The position numbers and the translations under genes are program-made. This document shows, piece after piece, positions 46,014 to 55,442 of a stretch of 64,000 bases of DNA. The stretch is from an uncultured bacterium (GTDB taxonomy: Bacteria; Verrucomicrobiota; Verrucomicrobiia; Verrucomicrobiales; DEV007). The notes under the pieces are model-generated. The model saw only the letters and a program-made list of their open reading frames with translations, had not been told where the DNA came from and did no database searches. Numbering within the stretch: position 1 is the stretch's first letter; each line of letters starts with the position of its first letter. The DNA is taken from assembly GCA_963977015.1 (NCBI GenBank), contig CAXBMO010000009.1, positions 128,001-192,000 of the forward strand. The letters run 5' to 3'.

Positions 46014-48233
46014 GTGTCTGACCCTAACCAAAAGACGACCCGATTCTTTTGGATTCCCGTGGCAATGTCCGGGACGGGAGCAGTGTTGGCGTGGACCGTG
46101 GCGGGGTTTCAGGCGGCGGCAGGAAACTGGCCGATGTTTGTGTGTTTGCTGCTGGGTGGGCTCCTCAGCGCAGGGGCTGCCGCTTTTTTCCGGGTCAGCT
46201 TGTCGAAAGAACATCACGAAGCGATCGAGGCCATTCGACAGCGAGACGTTGAGCATGAACAGCTTAAGGGACTGAAGAGCGAGTTGGAGACGGAAGCCTT
46301 GGCCTTCGAGCGACGTCGGCAAAAATTCGAGGACCGGCTGATGACCTATCACGAATGGCTCGAGTTCCCCAACATGGAGGAGATCTCCAAGGCCGAGGAG
46401 GTGAACGATGAGATTGATGCCCGGGATAAAGAGGTCCTCGCGCTCGTCCAGGAAGCCGCAGACTCGATTTTCGAAGGCTTTCGCAAAGACCGCTACAGCA
46501 AGGATGGCCAGTTTGTTCCCCGGCTCCTGACCGATGAGGTGCTGCTTTTCGTGACCGACATTGCCCGGGTTTACCAGCCAGATGCCAAAGAACCGCTTTT
46601 GGAAACCAGTGTCGAAAAGCTGCTCAAGTCGCTGAACCACATTTCCCTCCAACTGCTCTTCCAGTTGGAGCAACTGCCCTTGAACGTGAAGGATTACAGT
46701 TTGGCGAAGGCTTACGAGCACATTCGGACCGGGGCTCGCGTTTACGACGCCTACAAGTCGGTGAGCCCCTATCTCCCCTATGCCAGTTACACGTGGAATC
46801 TCGGCCGCATGGTGCTCGGCTTTGCCAACCCGGTGCTGACGGGCACCTGGATGTTGGGCTCCGAGATTGTGCGGCGAACCGGCCAGAAAATTTCGCAGCA
46901 ATACATCGACCGCTACTCACTGAAGCTTACCGGCGAAGCGATCCGGATCATCGCCAACGAAACCGCGATGACGTTTGACGAAAATTTTCGTTATCGCGAT
47001 CCCAACTGGGTCTACGGCCTCGAGCTCACCGAGATGGTTTACCAGTTTCCACTCTCTCGCGAGACCTTGCAGCAGGCACTCTGTGAGATTGGGAATCTCC
47101 CGCTGCGAAATAGTTACGACCGGGTATTTCTCTACCGCTGCCTTGCATCCGGGCGCAGCCCCAAGCCCCAGACCTTTGTGAAGCAGGAAGCACTCACTGC
47201 TGAGCAACGGCGTCAGATTGTGGAACGGCTGGAACGGTTTTTCCGCCACCACGTCCATGGCCGCAGACACGATCGCGTCGCCGCGTGGTCCGCCGGCGCC
47301 AGCGAACGTCTCGGCATGCCGCTCAAAGTGCTGGATGGAGGTTCCCAGACCGTATCTGAACGTGATTTGGGCAGCGCGTTGGCGTCGTTGGGGGCCTTCC
47401 TGTCTGCGGTCAAGGAAATGCCGCCTCCCGAGATGAGGGAGAAGCTGCTCGAATGTCAGGTCTCAGCCGAGTTCGCCCCCGAACTCCGCGACGAAGTGAT
47501 CGATGATCTTGTCGAACGACCTCCGATGTTTTTCGATTTTCCCGATTTGGATCCTGAGAACCCTCTGGTTCCGGTCTATTTTGAGGATCTGATGCGGTTG
47601 GAGACGGAAGTTCGGCCGGAAGACTTGCAGGGGCTTTGGGCCATTCGCGAAGCGGCTGAGTATTTTCGCCGCGACCGCCCAGCTCTTGAAGGACAGCTGT
47701 TCAAGGCTTATGCGGAACGGTTGGGCCGACTCCTTGATCCCGAATCCCCCGAGCAGACGCTCCATCCTCAGTTGATTATGGCGCTGCCACGCATCCTGGA
47801 CCGGGAAGAGTTCCCCAGCTTTATCTACGCGAAGATCGGGGCAGAGGACGAGTCCGAACCTTCAGCGCTGGCATCCATCCGGTTGCCCGGCCTCGGGAAT
47901 TCGAAGATCCATCGCTGGCTGGTTGGATCAGAGAAGCGACTCATCGTAGTGGAAGTTCGAGAGGGGCTCGAACTGGATGACTACAACCGGTTTCAGATTC
48001 TTTGGACGCTTGCCGAAGACGATCCACTCCTCGAAGACGTGACGCTTGACCGTTCCAAGACATTGATGAAAACACAAGTCGTCATCCGCGGTGGAAGGTG
48101 GCTGACTTCGAATCGCCGCTCGTCAGAGAAGAGTCTGATTGGATTGCGGATTCAAGGCGACAAGCTGAAAGGCTACGAATCCCATTTCGGCCCCTTGCTC
48201 CGTTGGTTTGAGAAAAAGAACGTGGAGGTCTGA
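46014..48233 (+). CDS. Hypothetical membrane protein (two N-terminal TMs, coiled coil)
   Basis: Long 739-aa ORF with protein-like composition, followed by a terminator. Confidence 0.75.
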   Translation: MSDPNQKTTRFFWIPVAMSGTGAVLAWTVAGFQAAAGNWPMFVCLLLGGLLSAGAAAFFRVSLSKEHHEAIEAIRQRDVEHEQLKGLKSELETEALAFERRRQKFEDRLMTYHEWLEFPNMEEISKAEEVNDEIDARDKEVLALVQEAADSIFEGFRKDRYSKDGQFVPRLLTDEVLLFVTDIARVYQPDAKEPLLETSVEKLLKSLNHISLQLLFQLEQLPLNVKDYSLAKAYEHIRTGARVYDAYKSVSPYLPYASYTWNLGRMVLGFANPVLTGTWMLGSEIVRRTGQKISQQYIDRYSLKLTGEAIRIIANETAMTFDENFRYRDPNWVYGLELTEMVYQFPLSRETLQQALCEIGNLPLRNSYDRVFLYRCLASGRSPKPQTFVKQEALTAEQRRQIVERLERFFRHHVHGRRHDRVAAWSAGASERLGMPLKVLDGGSQTVSERDLGSALASLGAFLSAVKEMPPPEMREKLLECQVSAEFAPELRDEVIDDLVERPPMFFDFPDLDPENPLVPVYFEDLMRLETEVRPEDLQGLWAIREAAEYFRRDRPALEGQLFKAYAERLGRLLDPESPEQTLHPQLIMALPRILDREEFPSFIYAKIGAEDESEPSALASIRLPGLGNSKIHRWLVGSEKRLIVVEVREGLELDDYNRFQILWTLAEDDPLLEDVTLDRSKTLMKTQVVIRGGRWLTSNRRSSEKSLIGLRIQGDKLKGYESHFGPLLRWFEKKNVEV

Positions 48234-48248
48234 CCGGAAAAGAAGCAC

Positions 48249-48287
48249 AAAAAAAGCCGAGCGGAGAATTTCTCACGCTCGGCCTTT
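48249..48287. terminator. Rho-independent terminator between convergent genes
   Basis: aaaaaaa-gccgagcg-gaga-att-tctc-a-cgctcggc-cttt. Confidence 0.75.
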
Positions 48288-48308
48288 GAAAAAAGTGTTA
48301 GCGGGTTG

Positions 48309-48482
48309 CTACTGAGTCTGCGGAAAAAAGCTTCCCATCGCAGCAGATCCTTCCCAGCCTTGAGGACTGTTTTGAGGAAGATTGCTCACATTGTCATCGT
48401 AGGGCTTGGGACCACTCGAACAACTAGCGAGAAATAAGGCAGCTCCAGCTGCAAGTGAAATGATGATGGAACGAACGTTCAT
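48309..48482 (-). CDS. Small lipoprotein
   Basis: Lipobox LASC; short tail S.LPQN.PQGWEG. Confidence 0.7.
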   Translation of the reverse strand: MNVRSIIISLAAGAALFLASCSSGPKPYDDNVSNLPQNSPQGWEGSAAMGSFFPQTQ

Positions 48483-48569
48483 GGGTTGGGGTAGGTTAGA
48501 ATTCAACGGATCCTATCACGACTCTTAAAGAGCGAAAGCAAAATTCGCCCTGCTCCAGCACTCGAACAA

Positions 48570-49349
48570 TCAGCGAGTGTTCTCGAAGATGACCTTGTCG
48601 CGCACCATGATTTGGGCTCCGGGACTAATCGTTCCCGGAATAATGTCAGCCACGGTCACCTTGGGCTCCACCGAAACGATTCGCAGGCGACCGATTCGGT
48701 CGACCCCACGCTGAACGAGAAGCGAAGCATCCGACGAGACACCAAGGTCTGACCCGACATTCACAATCACAAAGCCATACTCTCGATTGACGGCGATCAC
48801 GTCCGCTTCCATCCCGTTCAAAGCAACCTTCTCCCGGCGCTCTTTCTCTTCCTGAACGAGGTCTCCAATCCGGGACTCGTTCTTTTCAACCTTGTTGTTG
48901 GTGGAAACAATTTCCCCCCGCACTTGATCCAACTCCTGGCGTTGTTGATCCCGGCGCATCTTCTTACCTTCGAATTCCGCACGCACCGTTTCAGGGCGAC
49001 GGCCCATCAGCTTCTTCTCGAGCATCGCGAACTCTTCCAATTCCGCTTTCTTGCTATCAAATTGAGCAACCAAACGTTCAACCTCGGTGTTGGCGCGGCG
49101 AAGCGACTCCTGAGCCAGCGAAAGATTTGCACTGGCCTGGTCATTCGAAGTTTTCGCGACCATCAACTCTTGCTCGGCTGTTTCCAGATTCTGCTGCACT
49201 TCATCAAGGTCGGAAGTCAACTGGTTGAGCTTGACGGTGAGTTGGGCGTAAAGCTCTCGCTCTCCGGTGAGCTTTTTGTTGTTCAAGCCTGCAACAACTG
49301 CGGACGCGATGAGGGCCGCCATTGAAATGGCCATGAGAAACTTAATCAT
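48570..49349 (-). CDS. Membrane-anchored coiled-coil protein with a C-terminal beta domain
   Basis: N-terminal hydrophobic segment, long heptad region, YGFVIVNVG...ADIIPG. Confidence 0.8.
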   Translation of the reverse strand: MIKFLMAISMAALIASAVVAGLNNKKLTGERELYAQLTVKLNQLTSDLDEVQQNLETAEQELMVAKTSNDQASANLSLAQESLRRANTEVERLVAQFDSKKAELEEFAMLEKKLMGRRPETVRAEFEGKKMRRDQQRQELDQVRGEIVSTNNKVEKNESRIGDLVQEEKERREKVALNGMEADVIAVNREYGFVIVNVGSDLGVSSDASLLVQRGVDRIGRLRIVSVEPKVTVADIIPGTISPGAQIMVRDKVIFENTR

Positions 49350-49397
49350 ATGGCTGGTAAGTTAGTTGAGTAATTTGGGGGAAAGTGAAGAACGGTT

Positions 49398-50186
49398 TTA
49401 CTGGAGTTTGACGGAAGCGAGCTTGGTTACGGAGTCACCAACCTGAACCATTTGTCCGGGAAGAAGCGATCCTGGAATAATGTCGGCAACGGCTTGGGTG
49501 GGCTCGATTTCGGTCACGAGAAGCTTGCAGATGGGTTTTCCCTGCCGGGAAACGTCGAGGGTCGCAGCCGGAACCAGCCCATCGGCATCTCCCGCTGAGA
49601 TCACGACAAAGCCCCAGTCGTTGTAGGCAGCTTTGATCGTGGAATTCAGATCCTTTGACATGATGCCAGCCTTGCGATTCTTGGCTTCGCTCTCGCGGCG
49701 GTCAATTTCCCGCTGCGTCTCTTCCTGCTTCGCATTGGCAACCGCCAAAAGATTACTCGCGTTGTTGATATCGTCCTGCAGCATTTGGCTTTCCTGCTCA
49801 ACCTCAGCGATTTGGCGATCAATGGTCTCGATCTGAGTTCCAATCTCCTTGAGTTGGTTGAAACCGGCGATCTTGTCGTTGGCAGCGGCAATGTCGTCGT
49901 TCAGTTGCTGCTTGCGGAGATTCATTTCGGAAACCTGGGTCTCGGTTGCGGCCAACTGCGTGGTTTTCGCTTCGGTATCCTGTTCCAGAGTCCGGATTTC
50001 CATCTGCGTGTTGGCGAGTTCGTCGCGCTTGCGGACCAAATTCTCCTCGGTTCGCTGAACTCGACCTTCCTGAGCTTCGCGCTCTGCGATCTGGGCTTTG
50101 AGGGCTTGGCCGTTATCGTATGACAGCCACACAGAGGCCAGCGCCGGGATGGCAGCGACGAGAAGGAGGACTTTCCAAGGTTCCAT
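49398..50186 (-). CDS. Membrane-anchored coiled-coil protein, tandem paralogue of 48570-49349
   Basis: Same architecture; WGFVVISAG...EP..AVADIIPG. Confidence 0.8.
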   Translation of the reverse strand: MEPWKVLLLVAAIPALASVWLSYDNGQALKAQIAEREAQEGRVQRTEENLVRKRDELANTQMEIRTLEQDTEAKTTQLAATETQVSEMNLRKQQLNDDIAAANDKIAGFNQLKEIGTQIETIDRQIAEVEQESQMLQDDINNASNLLAVANAKQEETQREIDRRESEAKNRKAGIMSKDLNSTIKAAYNDWGFVVISAGDADGLVPAATLDVSRQGKPICKLLVTEIEPTQAVADIIPGSLLPGQMVQVGDSVTKLASVKLQ

Positions 50187-50459
50187 AACTATTTAGAGAG
50201 GTAAATGATGAGAGATTAAGGGCGCTTTAGAATACAGGAAGGGCCAGTTGAAACACAATCGTAAAATTTTTGCAACTGTACTCCCAATTTTTTATTGCTC
50301 TCAATTCGGGTTTCAAAGGGCGATTTCCGGTGAAGTCGCAGGTTCTACTAGGAAGTCGGGGGTTTTCCTAGCTTTTTCTTTTTAGATTTCGCAGAACCTC
50401 GCCACAGGGCCCGAAAAGGGACCTGCGTTGTTTTATTAAAAACAGAGGACAAATTCAGG

Positions 50460-50488
50460 TTGTTAGACAAAAATTTCGGTTTCATATT
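50460..50488 (+). promoter_or_regulatory. Putative sigma-70 promoter of the SRP RNA
   Basis: TTGTTA (50460-65), 17 bp, CATATT (50483-88), placed about 6 nt before the RNA 5' stem. Confidence 0.45.
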
Positions 50489-50493
50489 CAGGG

Positions 50494-50591
50494 GTCTGTC
50501 AGAGACCATGGATTGTCGGTTTGTGAACCCCGCCAGGCCCTGACGGGAGCAACGGTAGCATGTCCTGCATTGCTGTGGCTTTCTGGCAGGC
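50494..50591 (+). ncRNA. ffs: Bacterial small signal recognition particle RNA (4.5S)
   Basis: Helix-8 core GTGAACCCCGCCAGG-CCC-TGAC-GGG-AGCAACGGTAGC; terminal stem gtctgtcagaga / tttctggcaggc; T-run after it. Confidence 0.9.
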
Positions 50592-50675
50592 ATTTTTCAT
50601 CCTCCCGGCCGGCAGCCGATCATGGGAAAGGCGGAAATTCTTCCCCAAAATTCTCCCCGAACCCACCGTGTTTTT

Positions 50676-51500
50676 TTACGGAGCCTCTTCTCCCTTCAAT
50701 TGAAACGCGCCGGCTTTTCGCCCCAACTCCACTCCCCGCTCCGGATCGGTAACGTCCGTGAGTTCAACGAGAGACAGATTGAGCAGTGACGCTCTTGCTC
50801 CGCGTTCTTTGCGAATCACCTGCTCCGCAGCAAGCCGACTCAACGCCAGCGGCGAGTAGCCGTCGCCAACGTCCAGATTCATGGATTGGCGCATTTCAAA
50901 GTGGAGATGGGCCAGATAGTTCCCATTTCCGGTTCCAACGGTGCCAATCTGCTGCCCACGATTCACGAGATCACCGACGGTGACCCGCATGGTGTCCAAA
51001 TGCGCGTAGACCGTTTGGAAAACGCGGTCGTCCGCTCCGCGATGCTGCAGAATGATGATTTTTCCCCACTTTTCAGACGCCTCTGCCGCATACATCACCC
51101 GCCCATTCCCTACGGCAAAAACGGGATCCCCCAGATCAGAGTCTTCCCCTCCAATCCCGTTCAAATCCTCGCCGAGATGCCCGACTTCGCGAAATGGCCT
51201 CGCGTTGTAGGTCATCGCCGCGTGCTCACTCCCCAGTGGTTGATCCAGCCGAGCCGCACGCGGAACTTGAGCCATCTCGAGCGGCGACGGCAACACCAGC
51301 CCGGTCCTGAGAAGCTCCAACGCCTCACCTTTCGTTTCCGTAAGAATCAATCCGACCCGATTTGGACTTGGATACTCCGGCTTGATCGCCAAATGCCGAA
51401 TCAGGTTCCCAAAAGCCATCAGGAAAAAAACGAGCATCACGATCTTTGGAACAATCTTGGATGGATGCGGGAGCGAAGGCTGGTTCAAATCAAAGGCCAC
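50676..51500 (-). CDS. M23 family metallopeptidase
   Basis: HLGED, YAHL, HLHFE motifs; N-terminal TM. Confidence 0.9.
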   Translation of the reverse strand: MAFDLNQPSLPHPSKIVPKIVMLVFFLMAFGNLIRHLAIKPEYPSPNRVGLILTETKGEALELLRTGLVLPSPLEMAQVPRAARLDQPLGSEHAAMTYNARPFREVGHLGEDLNGIGGEDSDLGDPVFAVGNGRVMYAAEASEKWGKIIILQHRGADDRVFQTVYAHLDTMRVTVGDLVNRGQQIGTVGTGNGNYLAHLHFEMRQSMNLDVGDGYSPLALSRLAAEQVIRKERGARASLLNLSLVELTDVTDPERGVELGRKAGAFQLKGEEAP

Positions 51501-51632
51501 AAATTGGAGTCTCTCCGTTCCCGATCAAATTTCAAGTTCCGTCGCTGGATGGGACCGCGCCTTCCGAAATTTTCTGAATCGGGAAAAGACCCGGCATTGA
51601 CGGTTGGCCGTGTAAAGCTAGGGTTTCAGAAC

Positions 51633-52094
51633 GTGGACAAGACCGTAAGTGAAAAAGTCGATGCCTTTCTTCAACTCAAAGGGCTGCGCCGTACCAACCA
51701 GAGGGACGTGATCATCCGAGCCGCTTTTGGCACGCATGACCATTTCACTGCGGAGGAGTTGTGGGAAATGGCGCGCAAGCTCGACTCAACAACCTCCCGA
51801 GCCACCCTGTATCGTACCCTCTCCCTTCTGGTCGAAAGCGGCTTGCTTCGAGAAATTGATCTGGGCAGGGATCAGAAATGCTATGACCCGAATTTCGTCG
51901 ATTCGCCGCACCATAACCACCTGATCTGCACCGATTGCCAAAATGTGTTCGAGTTTGAGGACACGCACCTTGAAGTGCTGGAGGACTGCATCGCCCGCCG
52001 GATGGGCTTTTCGCCCTCCAACAAAGGCGTTCGGGTCGAGGCCAGTTGCGACCAACTGCAACAGACCGGAAAATGCGACCGGAAAGGTCAGTAG
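51633..52094 (+). CDS. Fur-family transcriptional regulator
   Basis: HFTAEEL, SRATLYRTL, HHNHLICTDC. Start set at GTG 51633; the rest of the track ORF is antisense to the M23 gene. Confidence 0.92.
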   Translation: MDKTVSEKVDAFLQLKGLRRTNQRDVIIRAAFGTHDHFTAEELWEMARKLDSTTSRATLYRTLSLLVESGLLREIDLGRDQKCYDPNFVDSPHHNHLICTDCQNVFEFEDTHLEVLEDCIARRMGFSPSNKGVRVEASCDQLQQTGKCDRKGQ

Positions 52095-52095
52095 A

Positions 52096-53310
52096 CTACT
52101 CGAGGCCGGACGCGGCCTGATAACTTGAGTATGCCGCGTCTGATTCCGTGAATTGGCTGGAAATCGCGATTCCCTCGATCATTCCGTTCCAATTTCGCCC
52201 TTCCAGGTACTCGTCTCCAAACACGAGTTCCTGTTGCACGTCCCAATTGCTGAAATCGCCCTCCACATCCTGGGTGCGAAGCACTTCTTCTCCATCCAGA
52301 TAAGTGACCAACTCTCCCGGCCGGTAGGTGACCAAAACGTAGTGCGAGACATTGGCCTCAATGGGGCAGAGCTTGATTTCAGGGCGGCTGCCGTTCAATC
52401 CCGTCTCAACCGTCCGCAACCTCAAAATCAGCGAATTTCTGGACTGACCAAGAGTGAAGTTCCGCAAATCTCCATCCGTTGAGAAAGTTATGATGCGAGC
52501 GGGGCCGCTCTGGTCGAGATCGAAACTGGTAAAAACGGTTTCCAAGGTCATCTCCCCTGCCCTGCCAATCGCGGAGGTCAGGGGACGGCTCGCCCGGCGA
52601 GCGAGAAAGGACCCATCCACGAGTCGCATCCTCCCCTCATCGTCAAACACCGCCTCGTTTCGCGCCATGAGCCGCACTTTGTTTCGCGAAAGGCCTCCGA
52701 TTTCGGCTTCTTCATCCATTCCACATTTCCAGGCAAAAACGAGCGAGGACTCCCGATCAACCGGCCAATCACGCTGTTCCCAGGACTTGGGTTCCCGCGA
52801 TCCACCTGCCTTGGAACTGCCGGCACTGACGCGGCGGGCTTCTTCCAACACCGCGTTCACGGCTTCAGATTCTCCGGCTAAAAGCAGCGAACTGCGCAAT
52901 GTTTTGAGCCGTTCCAGATACTGAACACGAATCGTTTCCCGCTTGGCATCACGTGCGGCTTGGATTTTTGCAGCTTCCTGACTGAGTTTTTCCCGCACGG
53001 GGCCAATGCCAGGAAATTCGCCTTTCCCAATTTCCTGCCGCATTCGGGCCAACTTGGCTTCAGCTTTTGCCAACGTTGCATTCTCAACATCGCCATTCTC
53101 TTCAAATGCCTGCCCCAACCGTTCAACCGCGACGGCATATTGCTCAAAGAGCGTTCGCTCCCGATCCTCAAAAGGTTCGCAAACAATGTCGAGCATCGCC
53201 TCATACTGTCCGCGCATGACCTCCAACGGAGGTTGTGAATCCTGCGCCAGGATTGACGCGGCTATCCAGAGCTTCAGAATAACGAAGGCAGATGGTTGGA
53301 ATTTAATCAT
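52096..53310 (-). CDS. Exported protein with a helical N-terminus and a LamG-like jellyroll domain
   Basis: TLE..F...Q.GPARI..FS...NFTLGQ...RLRT, H....TY, YLDG, W.G.IE.IAI. Confidence 0.72.
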   Translation of the reverse strand: MIKFQPSAFVILKLWIAASILAQDSQPPLEVMRGQYEAMLDIVCEPFEDRERTLFEQYAVAVERLGQAFEENGDVENATLAKAEAKLARMRQEIGKGEFPGIGPVREKLSQEAAKIQAARDAKRETIRVQYLERLKTLRSSLLLAGESEAVNAVLEEARRVSAGSSKAGGSREPKSWEQRDWPVDRESSLVFAWKCGMDEEAEIGGLSRNKVRLMARNEAVFDDEGRMRLVDGSFLARRASRPLTSAIGRAGEMTLETVFTSFDLDQSGPARIITFSTDGDLRNFTLGQSRNSLILRLRTVETGLNGSRPEIKLCPIEANVSHYVLVTYRPGELVTYLDGEEVLRTQDVEGDFSNWDVQQELVFGDEYLEGRNWNGMIEGIAISSQFTESDAAYSSYQAASGLE

Positions 53311-53381
53311 CAGCAGATTTGGTGAACCAATCGCTAAAAACAGGTTTTCACCGCAAGGTGTTCGCGCTTTGGTCCGGGATT

Positions 53382-54743
53382 ATGTGGAAAGGCCGTTTTG
53401 AAACTGAAACTTCTGATCTTGTTCAACAGCTGGGAGAATCGATCTCGTTCGATTGGCGACTCTATCGTCATGATGTCCGCGGATCGATCGCTCACTCCAA
53501 GGCATTGCTGAATGCTGGCATTCTAACCAGCGAGGAGCAAGCGGCCATTGAAAAGGGACTGCTGGAAATCTGCGACGAAATCGCGAAAGGCGATTTTGAG
53601 TTCAAGATCGAGCTTGAGGACGTTCACATGAATATTGAATCCGCATTGACCGCTCGAATCGGCGATGCCGGGGCCAAGCTTCACACCGCGCGAAGCCGAA
53701 ACGATCAAGTCGCGCTGGATTCACGCATGTATTGCCGGGATGAGGTCGCCGAAATCGGGAACCTGATCTCCGGTCTCCAAACCGCCTTGCTCGATTGCGC
53801 CGAACGCTTCCCCAAAGCCGTCGTTCCGGGATACACCCACCTGCAACGCGGCCAACCCGTCCTCTTCGCCCACCATTTGCTCGCCTACGTGGAGATGTTC
53901 AGCCGGGACGCCGATCGCCTTGCCGATGCACAAACCCGGATTGACGTCATGCCGCTCGGTTCCGGCGCGTTGGCGGGTTCCACCATCGTCCTTGATCGAG
54001 AACTGGTCGCCAAAGAGCTCGGCTTCTCCAAGATCAGTCAAAACAGCATGGACGCCGTCAGCGACCGCGATTTCATCGCCGAAATTCTCTTCGACCTCAG
54101 CCTGCTCGGCCTTCACCTGTCCCGATTGAGCGAGGACATCGTGCTTTGGGCCAGCGCTGAGTTCGGATTCGTCACCTTGAGCGACGCCCACACCACCGGT
54201 TCCAGTCTCATGCCGCAGAAGAAGAACCCGGACGTCGCGGAATTGACGCGCGGCAAGTCGGGACGGCTTGTCGGCAATCTCGTCAGCCTCATCACTACGC
54301 TGAAAGGTCTTCCCATGACCTACAATCGCGACCTTCAGGAGGACAAGGAACCGCTCTTCGACTCCATCGACACCGCCAAACTCGTCCTCAAGGTTTTCAC
54401 TGAAATGATCGCCGAAATGCGCATCAATGAGGAAACGACCCGCGAGGCGGCCAGCGACCCAATGCTCCTGGCAACGGACATTGCCGATTACCTGGTTCTC
54501 AAAGGCATTCCGTTTCGCCAGGCTCACGAAATCGTCGGGAAAGCCACCGCCCACTGCGTCAAGGAGAAGTGCGGTTTCCCGGATCTCACGCTCGACCAAT
54601 TCCGGCAATTCAGCGACGCGTTCGATGATTCCGTGTTCGATCTCTTCAACGTCGAAAAGGCCCTGGCAGCCCGAAAAGGAATCGGTGCGCCATCCCCCGA
54701 AAACGTCGCCTTCCAGATCGAACGTTGGCGAAAAATTCTCTAA
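53382..54743 (+). CDS. argH: Argininosuccinate lyase
   Basis: MWKGRF, EDVH, HTARSRNDQ, PGYTHLQ, GSSLMPQKKNPD. Confidence 0.97.
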   Translation: MWKGRFETETSDLVQQLGESISFDWRLYRHDVRGSIAHSKALLNAGILTSEEQAAIEKGLLEICDEIAKGDFEFKIELEDVHMNIESALTARIGDAGAKLHTARSRNDQVALDSRMYCRDEVAEIGNLISGLQTALLDCAERFPKAVVPGYTHLQRGQPVLFAHHLLAYVEMFSRDADRLADAQTRIDVMPLGSGALAGSTIVLDRELVAKELGFSKISQNSMDAVSDRDFIAEILFDLSLLGLHLSRLSEDIVLWASAEFGFVTLSDAHTTGSSLMPQKKNPDVAELTRGKSGRLVGNLVSLITTLKGLPMTYNRDLQEDKEPLFDSIDTAKLVLKVFTEMIAEMRINEETTREAASDPMLLATDIADYLVLKGIPFRQAHEIVGKATAHCVKEKCGFPDLTLDQFRQFSDAFDDSVFDLFNVEKALAARKGIGAPSPENVAFQIERWRKIL

Positions 54744-54770
54744 CGGCGGCAGCTCTCTCGAAACCGCACC

Positions 54771-55442
54771 TCAACGGGTGATGACCGTCGCCCGAATCGG
54801 GGTTTTTGAGCGAGCTTTGCCATAGAGCCTTTCCATCGGAATATCCAACACCGGATACTGCTCCCACCCCACCGCATCAAAGTGCCACCATTCCGTCTTC
54901 ATGATTTTGAACCCATGGCGAACCATGACGGATTGAAGCGTCTTTCGATTCTCGAGAACGCGGCCTTTGAGTTTGAGATACTGGGCGTGGGCTTGCGGCG
55001 TAAAGACGTCGTAGCCAGTCGGCATTTCGAGCTCCCTGCCCATGGCATCGACGAGTGTCAGATCAACCGCCGCGCCTCGATTGTGTCGTGAGCCTCTGGC
55101 CGGGTTCGCCACGAATTTGGGGTTCGGCATGACCTTCCACAACTCCCGCTGGACGGCGAGAGGCCGATATCCGTCCCAGAGTTTCAACCCAAGTCCCTGG
55201 TCTTCCAGTTCAGCCTGAACATTGGCCAACCGTTCCGCGACCGGGCGAAGCAGGTAGGCCCGATGCTCCGGGTAAAATTGTCTGCCACAAAAGTTGTTGG
55301 CCGTCGCATACGGCAGTTCCACAATGATTCCGGGGATGAAGTCATTGATGCAAACCAAGTCTGCGGCCCGAGTTGCCGACGAAGACAGACTTACAATGCC
55401 AACGGTGAGCATCAGAATTCTCATGAGCGGAACCAACATCAT
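54771..55442 (-). CDS. D-alanyl-D-alanine dipeptidase (M15D, VanX/DdpX family) with signal peptide
   Basis: DGYRP, SRHNRGAAVD, MPTGYD, EWWHF. ATG overlaps the kinase stop (ATGA at 55439-55442). Confidence 0.92.
   Translation of the reverse strand: MMLVPLMRILMLTVGIVSLSSSATRAADLVCINDFIPGIIVELPYATANNFCGRQFYPEHRAYLLRPVAERLANVQAELEDQGLGLKLWDGYRPLAVQRELWKVMPNPKFVANPARGSRHNRGAAVDLTLVDAMGRELEMPTGYDVFTPQAHAQYLKLKGRVLENRKTLQSVMVRHGFKIMKTEWWHFDAVGWEQYPVLDIPMERLYGKARSKTPIRATVITR

Noticed and set aside
50348-50752. Short ORFs of 79-81 aa in the intergenic gap
   Set aside because: They overlap the SRP RNA and its promoter and have no protein-like features.
50886-51632. Apparent long N-terminal extension making a 402-aa Fur fusion
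   Set aside because: The extension is antisense to the M23 gene; Fur homology starts near 51633.
54771-55442. Vancomycin resistance determinant (vanX)
   Set aside because: No vanH, vanA, vanR or vanS nearby; M15D dipeptidases are widespread in diderms.
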